Source of the DNA: Stramenopiles sp. TOSAG23-3
Taxonomy: Eukaryota
Reading direction: 5' to 3'
DNA length: 34,359 bases
NCBI GenBank assembly: GCA_900128585.1
Contig: LT642204.1
Span: 1 to 34,359 of the forward strand
Part shown: piece after piece, positions 27,340 to 34,359 of the stretch
Numbering within the stretch: position 1 is the stretch's first letter
Layout of the letters: each line of letters begins with the position of its first letter
Position numbers and translations under genes: made by a program
The notes under the pieces: model-generated
What the model saw: the letters and a program-made list of their open reading frames with translations, nothing else
Databases searched by the model: none
Told to the model about the DNA's origin: nothing

Positions 27340-27745
27340 TTTATTAGTAGGGGAGATCCCTAAAAGCATCTTTGGTGGCACCCTCGAGAAAATAGACCTA
27401 TCACAGAATGCGAACATTGCCGGAACGTTACCGCCTTTGCAAAAAAATTATTCCTCTTTAAGGTGCTTGGATATACGCGGTACTGGTGTGAATGGGTTTG
27501 GAAGTAGTGGCAATAACGCATCAGTTCGCAAGGACTACATGAGCAGGGTAAATATAACGTTACTGCCGTGGCAGCCCAACTTTGCAGCCGTTCTTGCATT
27601 TCATGAAGGTTGTACTATCTGCAATGCTACCAATTGCTCGAGTTCCAGCGAGGAATACTCCGAAATATACCTGCAGTGCGTAAATATGAAAACCAGCTGG
27701 GAGTTTGATAAATTTTGTTCGATTGAACCTTCGATAGTAATATAA
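27299..27745 (+). CDS. Leucine-rich-repeat fragment (extracellular LxxNxLxGxIP type); 3' part of a frameshifted gene or a pseudogene
   Basis: LKGNLLVGEIPKSI, LEKIDLSQNANIAGTLP, LRCLDIRGT, followed by a Cys-rich segment. Confidence 0.55.
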   Translation: MHLQVAMIAPLKGNLLVGEIPKSIFGGTLEKIDLSQNANIAGTLPPLQKNYSSLRCLDIRGTGVNGFGSSGNNASVRKDYMSRVNITLLPWQPNFAAVLAFHEGCTICNATNCSSSSEEYSEIYLQCVNMKTSWEFDKFCSIEPSIVI

Positions 27746-28316
27746 TGACAATAGCCATATTTACATGTATACGACTTGAAAGAAATTCATCATTATGATC
27801 AAATCATAATACGTTTTGGGATAGAGCCAGGCATCTACGAAACAATAATAGCCACTGTCTCAAACAATTTTATGATAGTTTGAACGATGAATACCAGAAG
27901 TCTTATTCTGGAACAAGGAGGAGTTTGGGTTCTTGAACGGTTTTACCTTCTTTTTTCTTTTCTTATTTGATTTTCCAAAGTAGTGGTATTAATGTTATTA
28001 TTGTACTTTGCTGCACGATTAGCTGACAGGGGGGGGGGGGCCTCTCGGCGCGCACAACACACCAGAGGGAATATAAACACAGCGGTTACCGACCAGGCCG
28101 GATAATTATTATTATATGGTATTTTAATATATCATCACGAAGTAAAAAATGTTCACAAAAAAAGTGATTTAATGATCATCGACAGCTGAAAAAAAACTCC
28201 ATTTCTTTATTATTGAGGGAAAAGATAAGTATCGTTTTGTAACAAATCTTCTCGAACATGTGTGTTGTGTTGTAAGCATAATTGAAGAAGAAAAATCAAC
28301 GGATCGAAAACAAAAT

Positions 28317-29312
28317 ATGGGTGCTGGAGCTTCTGTCAACCAAGATTCACTGAACTCGTTGAAAGACGAAGCTGCAAAGCCAGCGGACGGCAACGATGCG
28401 GCCGACGCCAAATCGGCAGTTCTAAGTCTTCGTAAACTGATCTCCGAATCTGGGGTGGGAAACTTTAAGCAGTTTAAGGAAGAAGCGGGCAAACCATTGG
28501 ATGGAATCGACATTGCGGATGATGGAAAAGCGGAGTTAGTCCGACTTCGTAAGTTTCTTACAGACATCTTCTCGCCGGAAGCGTACAAGAAAGCCGAAGA
28601 AGCGCTCACGCAAGAGATGGCCAAAGTGACCACGGAAGAGAGCGGCGAAACCGCTGCCGCACCAGCTGAAAATCCGGAGGGGGCAGAGACTACGGAAAGT
28701 GCGCCTGCTGCTGTTGAGGAGGCCTCGGGTCCCGCGACGGTTGAAGAGATCAAGGTCACACAACTCACCGAAAAATGGGATGAATGCATCGCTGTCCATA
28801 AGAAATGGCCGCTGTTTTTGGATAGCAATGATAGCAAGCCTGTGGCAGCATTTTTGGGATACCAAACTGTGCTTCCCATCGATGCAAAGAAAGGAATGGT
28901 CGAGGCGTCCATTAAGAAGTCGAAAACGATTGAAGCAGTTCGTGAAGAATGGCGGTCAACAGTAGTCAAAGCGATGCTGAAGAAAAGTAACCCTTCGACA
29001 AGTTTCGAAGCCGAGGGCGGAACCGTTTGGCTGCATTTGGGAAGCTCAGCGACCGATTTCAAAGGAAAATTCTGCGGAGATGATTTTCCTCTTGATTTCT
29101 TTAGTTGCACCAAAATGTCCGAGGAAGAGACAAAAATGAAGTTTGTAAAAGAAGAGGAGCTGAAAGGGACGAACGAAACGCTGGGGCGTTGGGGGGAAAA
29201 GTTTCAGGTAATCGTTACATCAGATTTTCAGTTGGAGGATTACCAAGAATTCTTGGAAAATTCCGTGCCGTTGGACATGCTGAAAGTCTACAATGTTAAG
29301 ATGGACAGCTGA
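28317..29312 (+). CDS. Putative myristoylated (MGAGAS) protein with two N-terminal ExxKPxDxxD repeats and a C-terminal domain resembling dynein AAA5/IQANK1-type WPLxxD domains
   Basis: ATG 28317; LKDEAAKPADGND...LRKLI and FKEEAGKPLDGID...LRKFL; Ala/Glu linker; KKWPLFLD...AFLGYQ...FQVIVTS. The CDS is well supported and the domain call is tentative. Confidence 0.7.
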   Translation: MGAGASVNQDSLNSLKDEAAKPADGNDAADAKSAVLSLRKLISESGVGNFKQFKEEAGKPLDGIDIADDGKAELVRLRKFLTDIFSPEAYKKAEEALTQEMAKVTTEESGETAAAPAENPEGAETTESAPAAVEEASGPATVEEIKVTQLTEKWDECIAVHKKWPLFLDSNDSKPVAAFLGYQTVLPIDAKKGMVEASIKKSKTIEAVREEWRSTVVKAMLKKSNPSTSFEAEGGTVWLHLGSSATDFKGKFCGDDFPLDFFSCTKMSEEETKMKFVKEEELKGTNETLGRWGEKFQVIVTSDFQLEDYQEFLENSVPLDMLKVYNVKMDS

Positions 29313-29472
29313 ATTATGATTAATCCAGCCGCATCGTTCGGTTCAAGACTGTCTGCTCTTATCGTACGAATTTGAATCAGAAAATAATGAATCTTGGGGC
29401 CAGATCTATCATGTTGAATTCTACGTAACGATTATACATAATTTGCTTCAAAAGTTAAGATAATTTTTATGA

Positions 29473-29560
29473 AATTTTAATTACTAAAATAACAGCCAAT
29501 TTTCTTGTTTTTAATTACTAAAATCACTTCAATATGATAACACCCAATTTTTTGTTTAAA
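29473..29560. repeat. Copy of the 3016-3148 repeat unit plus partial tandem copies
   Basis: aattttaattactaaaataacagccaattttcttgtttttaa (29473-29514), then ttttaattactaaaat and ataacacccaattttttgtttaaa. Confidence 0.85.
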
Positions 29561-29700
29561 ATTCGCATATCTTTAGAAGATTGATTCGTATAGTATATAT
29601 CATAATGATTAAGTAAAATAAATAAAAAAATCCTGCTGGTTACAGTTTTATTTTACACGGAGTAAAAGTTCATGCTTTATGAAAGACGTTCGTCAGTATT

Positions 29701-30309
29701 TTATGCCCATTTGCAACCCTCCATAGGCACCTGTTTTACTGAAGAAAGGCTAATATTGCGCTTCGATGCAAAAGACCGCATTTCAGCATACACTGGGTCG
29801 GGTAGAGTGCTGTTTCTGCTAAAAAAATATGTGAATTCCCCTAGAAGTGGGCTGCCAACGCAAGCGTACACAAGCGCAAACGCATATGCTTGCGCAGGCT
29901 TACTGCTCGTTAAAAGCTTTCCATTCCTGTCCCACAAGCCAAGGACCCAATAAGGAGGCGTTGCGGGTCCTAAAGATTCCACCATTTTCCCTGGGGTTGT
30001 TGGGTCGACGGAACCCGTGTTTGGAATAACGAACGGAGGGGAGGTGGGCGAGTGCTTGTGGCACGTGAACACGTCCGTAAATTTCGTCTTTGAGATCATC
30101 GAAAAATTATATCGCGTGCAATGACAAGAGTCGACTAGAAACACATTGTGTGAGTAAACCTCGTACCAAAATCCTTCATACATCGAGGTGTCCAGCTGTG
30201 CCGCCGCTGGTGTTGCGAGTTCCTCATAACTTGGGCACCGTAGTCTAGCGCGAGTGGTCGTCGCCGAGAGTGCGAGCACCACCAGAAGAAGAGCGAACTT
30301 CAACTTCAT
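29701..30309 (-). CDS. Secreted lipocalin (ApoD/Blc-like)
   Basis: 202 aa from ATG 30309; signal peptide; SCR1 YEGFWYEV; CTRYNF; PYWVL; ALVYAC; FFSR. Confidence 0.85.
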   Translation of the reverse strand: MKLKFALLLVVLALSATTTRARLRCPSYEELATPAAAQLDTSMYEGFWYEVYSHNVFLVDSCHCTRYNFSMISKTKFTDVFTCHKHSPTSPPFVIPNTGSVDPTTPGKMVESLGPATPPYWVLGLWDRNGKLLTSSKPAQAYAFALVYACVGSPLLGEFTYFFSRNSTLPDPVYAEMRSFASKRNISLSSVKQVPMEGCKWA

Positions 30310-30929
30310 GCCTGGTATATCGGTTTCTTCCTTCTTACAATGATGCCCGCAAATTACTGGCCTATCCTGGCTTAGTATATATATTAATACCACACTTTAT
30401 ATAAAATTGAAATATTTTTGAAACTTACAAACCAGGAACAAATGATTCCGACTTCAGTGATGCTGTATATAATAATATTTTCTTTTTAAATTATTGGTAG
30501 ATAGAACGACTACTATGTTTTTTTTTATAATAATAATAAGTGTAGTATTTTTTAGGACGACTGGTCGTTCAATTATAATATTAAAACACCATCATCATAG
30601 TAGTATCATCGTATTTTTTTTTATTTATAAAAAAAAAATATTTGTTCGATTTGTTCTTTTTTGGATGATTGATTATTATTTTATTATTATTATATTATGG
30701 TTTTTTATTTTTTATTGTTTTTTTTTGTGTTGTGCATTTTTGGAATAATTATTGGGAATTTAAAATTGGAGACATTGATGTCATTGATACTAATAAATTT
30801 TTATTAGTGTACCTGTTGCAATAGAAGATGAAAAAGAGGCCGAGGATGCATGTAATCTTTTCAGCCTTCTTAGTGTTTTTAAGCGTACCGTAGTTGCAAT
30901 TTTGTTTAAGACAGCAGGGTTAAAAGTTG

Positions 30930-31778
30930 ATGTGTGCGAAAGTGTTGGGAATTGTCACAGGGGCCGGAAGGGGCTTTGGAAAATGTGTTGCTTTGGAGTT
31001 GGGAAAACGTTTGAGTCCTGAATGCGGTATGGTATTGATAGGGAGAGACCTTTCAAAATTAAACCAAACGAGAGCAGAAATTTTAGAGTCAACCTCACTG
31101 AAAGTGCGCTGCGTACCGGCAGACCTCTCCGACTTGGACACCCTGGAACATACGGTGTCGGACGCTTTGGAAGGAAGTTCGGAATATTTGCGGGGCGTCC
31201 TCATCAACAATGCGGGGAGTTTGGGACCCCTTGGCAGGGTTGGGAGTCCCCATGTTTTCACGAGGGATGGGTCCTTGAATACGTTTAAAAAAGCGATAGA
31301 CTTGAACATAACGTCTTGTTTTTGGTTCTCGAACGAGTTCTCTAGAACCTTTGTAAATAAAAGCTCCAGCTCGAGCGAACACGGGTTGGACCAAGAAGAT
31401 CGACAGCCCAGTGTTATTGTGAACGTGTCGTCTTTGGCCGCGGTCGCCCCGCTGGCATCGTGGTCGACGTACTGCGCGGGCAAGAGCGCTCGAAACATGT
31501 TTCACAAAGTCATTGCATTGGAAAATGGACCTGGAGCTGGGATAAAGACGTTGAATTATGCCCCTGGCCCCATGGACACCGACATGCTAGACGAAGCCCT
31601 GGCGAGTGCATGCACGGACAGTACAATCAGAGAATCATACTCATCGTTGAAAAAAGAAGGGAAGCTTCAGGATCCAATGGTCTCTGCAAAGGTCTGTGTT
31701 GACTATGCCATGGGAACTGGTAAAGACTATCCATCTGGTGGTCACGTCGATGTATTTTCAAAAACCAAAGATTGGTGA
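30930..31778 (+). CDS. SPR: Sepiapterin reductase (short-chain dehydrogenase/reductase)
   Basis: VTGAGRGFG, LINNAGSLG, VNVSSLAA, WSTYCAGKSARNM (YxxxK), LNYAPGPMDTDM and SGGHVD match the SPR subfamily pattern. Confidence 0.85.
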   Translation: MCAKVLGIVTGAGRGFGKCVALELGKRLSPECGMVLIGRDLSKLNQTRAEILESTSLKVRCVPADLSDLDTLEHTVSDALEGSSEYLRGVLINNAGSLGPLGRVGSPHVFTRDGSLNTFKKAIDLNITSCFWFSNEFSRTFVNKSSSSSEHGLDQEDRQPSVIVNVSSLAAVAPLASWSTYCAGKSARNMFHKVIALENGPGAGIKTLNYAPGPMDTDMLDEALASACTDSTIRESYSSLKKEGKLQDPMVSAKVCVDYAMGTGKDYPSGGHVDVFSKTKDW

Positions 31779-32451
31779 ATATTTTGGATATTTTGGATAA
31801 AAATAAAAATGATTGAAATGTATCATCTATTCTATTTTATTTGGAATTCAATATTATTATTGATACGACTGCACAACAAAGAAAAAAAATGTATAAATAT
31901 TATATAGAGAATACAAAAAATGTACGCGTAGTATTAAAATGAAAAAAAAAGAAAGGGTTCGCTTGATGAAATAAAATCCAACATCAAAAAAAGGGATGCT
32001 ACTATTTCTATACTGTAGACACTATTATTATACCTACGTAGACGACTACGTAGTACTCGAAATGTAGAAATTAGAACGACGTTAGCCTATTATTAATAAT
32101 GTACAATAATAATGGAAATAGCATCATCAGACGAAGGAAGAAAAAAATATTATTATTATTTTTTTTTTCGTCGTTTTTTTTTTTTTTTGAACTTCTTTTT
32201 TAATTATTATTTAATATTAATAATAATATAATAATATAATAATACTATCTTTCTCTACACTGTTTCTTTATTTTACAATTAAATTTTTTGTTTCTTTCTT
32301 TTCATAACATCAAGGTTAAGCAATATTTTTTTGTAACGTTTCGGTTAGTTTTACGTTGCGATGTTTATAAACTTGGATTGAAATTGCTTCGTTTTCTCGT
32401 TTCCATACTTACTTTTAGCGAGAGAAAGGGGGGGAGGGGGGGAGCGTGCTC

Positions 32452-34047
32452 ATGTCAACGTTCGCTACCCACGCTGGCGTCAAGGCGTCGGAAGGAGAGC
32501 AAGGGGCGGACGGTGAGAACCCCTCGGTTGTTTTCAATGGCTTCAAAAGTGTGCACGAGGACTACGTGGATTGGGACCATATGAAAAGGCAGACAATGCT
32601 GACTGCGTTGTTGAGTTCGTACAAAGACATGATAGATGAAACCCGCGTCCTGCTCGAAGCGGCAGCAGTGGAGAAAAAGAAAAGGAGCGAAGACTTGGCC
32701 AGGGCGTTTGGTCTTGCAGCCGAAGCGTTTTTGGAAACCAAGGGGTCGCTAAAGTTGGTGCAGGAAGCGGAGAAAAAGTGCCGGAATAGGGTGGAGGCAA
32801 AGATGGAGAAGTTACACGCGTTGAAAGAAGAAGTGATTCAGCGAGGTTACGATAAGATGGACTACGGCGCGGTGAGCCGGGACAGTTCGGACAACAGTGG
32901 GGATTCGGGGGACTCGATAGTATCTGCGATGCGCGACAAATTTCGCCGGGACCGCTTTGGATCCGATCCCAATACAATTCCTATTTTGACCGGTCACTTG
33001 CAGAAACGCTCCGATCATTTAGAAATCTGGAAATGTAGGTGGTTTGAATTGACCCCCGTCAGCCTTAATTATTTTTGCAAGGAAAAGGACAGTGTAAAAG
33101 TCGGTGGAAAGCCGCGTGGAACCATTTTGTTAAGGGATATTTTGCAGTGCGAGTTGGTCGGTGCTGGCAACACGGCCGGGTCGACAAAGAATATGCCGCA
33201 AACGTTGGTAGTGCGAGGGACGAGAAATAATTACATTTTAGCAGGCACCAGCTACGACATAGCGTCCAAGTGGGTGACGCAAATAAATAGGGCGATAGAA
33301 AACTTAAGCTCGGATGTTTCAAGCTTCGGGGGGTCGACGATAGACCCCAAGGAGCTCATTGACGAAGCCTTGGAGGAAGAATTTGCGGGGGCGTTGGAGG
33401 CAGCCAACTCGGAGCTGCAAAGTGCCATTTCGGACATGCTTGTCCAAGTTTCAAACCGAGAAAAATTGACGGCGAAATTGAAGAACATAAGCGTCCTTCT
33501 CCAGGCGTCAGAGATACCGATGCCCTTGCTGCCATCGTCAATCCACAGCCTTGTTCACAAAATAGTTCAGCCGCAGGGAAAAGGCAGTCTGGGCGGTGAC
33601 CCCAAAAGGCGGCGCGCTGCAGACCACTTGAAAGAGTTTGGCGTGGTGCCGGTTGTATATAGACTGGATTGTTTGGGCGACCTCTTAACGAATGCGTTGA
33701 GACTGTTGGATAAAAATGACCTTTCCGATCTGAAAACGGTAGCGGGCAAGGTCAGGCTCTGCCTGGAGAATTTAAAAGAAGCCGACGAGCGGAAGAAACG
33801 AGAATGGGTGAAGCTGGAGGCCTGGGTAATCGAGCGTGCGGATGCAGAGAACCGGTTCCGCCATTTGCGGCAGGTCGTCGATGGTTTTCATAGCGACGAG
33901 TCGCCCATGAAAACGACCATTTTGTCAAGGAACATATTGGAAAACTTTGCATCAAACGATTTGTTGTCTCCGAACCGGAAGAAAGACAATAGTCTAATGC
34001 GACAACAGAGGCGGAGCACAGGGCCCTTGTTCGATGTGCCCCTTTGA
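32452..34047 (+). CDS. PH-domain protein with flanking coiled coils
   Basis: ATG 32452; ILTGHLQKRSDHLEIWKCRWFEL...LNYF...KPRGTILL...ASKWVTQINRAI. Confidence 0.85.
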   Translation: MSTFATHAGVKASEGEQGADGENPSVVFNGFKSVHEDYVDWDHMKRQTMLTALLSSYKDMIDETRVLLEAAAVEKKKRSEDLARAFGLAAEAFLETKGSLKLVQEAEKKCRNRVEAKMEKLHALKEEVIQRGYDKMDYGAVSRDSSDNSGDSGDSIVSAMRDKFRRDRFGSDPNTIPILTGHLQKRSDHLEIWKCRWFELTPVSLNYFCKEKDSVKVGGKPRGTILLRDILQCELVGAGNTAGSTKNMPQTLVVRGTRNNYILAGTSYDIASKWVTQINRAIENLSSDVSSFGGSTIDPKELIDEALEEEFAGALEAANSELQSAISDMLVQVSNREKLTAKLKNISVLLQASEIPMPLLPSSIHSLVHKIVQPQGKGSLGGDPKRRRAADHLKEFGVVPVVYRLDCLGDLLTNALRLLDKNDLSDLKTVAGKVRLCLENLKEADERKKREWVKLEAWVIERADAENRFRHLRQVVDGFHSDESPMKTTILSRNILENFASNDLLSPNRKKDNSLMRQQRRSTGPLFDVPL

Positions 34048-34359
34048 AAAATAAAATAAACGGGGGGTATGGTATGTCTTTCCGAGAATTCTGTTTTGCT
34101 AATTTAAAATATTTACGATTTAAGAATTTATTTGTTCCTTTTTTTTTATTTTTGATGATTTTGTTTGCTGCGCGATCGAATTCTGCTTTCCTGGTATTGC
34201 GCTTGTATTATAATATTTTTTTATTCTATTATAATATTAGTACTATACGTAATAGACTATATTAATAAAATATGATGGATGATGATGGATGATGTATTCT
34301 ATCTTAAATTAAATATTAAATAGACTTAGTACTACTATTGAATCTCATTTTGATATAAA

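Noticed and set aside
23726-27745. Alternative genetic code or stop readthrough as the explanation for the two split loci
   Set aside because: The downstream parts are in a different frame, and TAA, TAG and TGA all end genes normally in this window.
28169-29113. 314-aa minus-strand ORF; likewise 22467-23174, 1152-1616 and 30920-31498
   Set aside because: Ser/Phe-rich antisense mirrors of Glu/Lys-rich genes on the other strand.

Overview
Eukaryotic nuclear DNA from a compact, nearly intron-free protist genome. About 16 long, mostly uninterrupted CDSs of moderate GC alternate with very AT-rich spacers that carry microsatellites. The gene set points to a flagellated, probably stramenopile-like organism (inference). 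Recognisable genes: an FkbM-type methyltransferase with a membrane anchor, IFT22/RABL5, a voltage-sensor/adenylate cyclase fusion of the Paramecium/Plasmodium AC-alpha type, an EF-hand Kv channel, a BT1 folate/biopterin transporter, a prominin/tweety-like protein, a SET-domain protein, a lipocalin, sepiapterin reductase and a PH-domain protein. Several membrane or secreted proteins remain uncharacterised. No RNA genes, CRISPR arrays or intact transposons were seen. The strongest lead is the cyclase, which has lost both metal-binding aspartates but kept the C2-type catalytic residues and lies head-to-head with the Kv channel, which has EF-hands instead of a T1 domain. Other leads are a ~40-50 bp element seen only in two tail-to-tail spacers 26 kb apart, recurring upstream motifs, and two loci split by apparent +1 frame changes. 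Starts were moved from the ORF track's TTG/GTG starts to the first plausible ATG. All family calls come from motif recognition by eye, not database searches.
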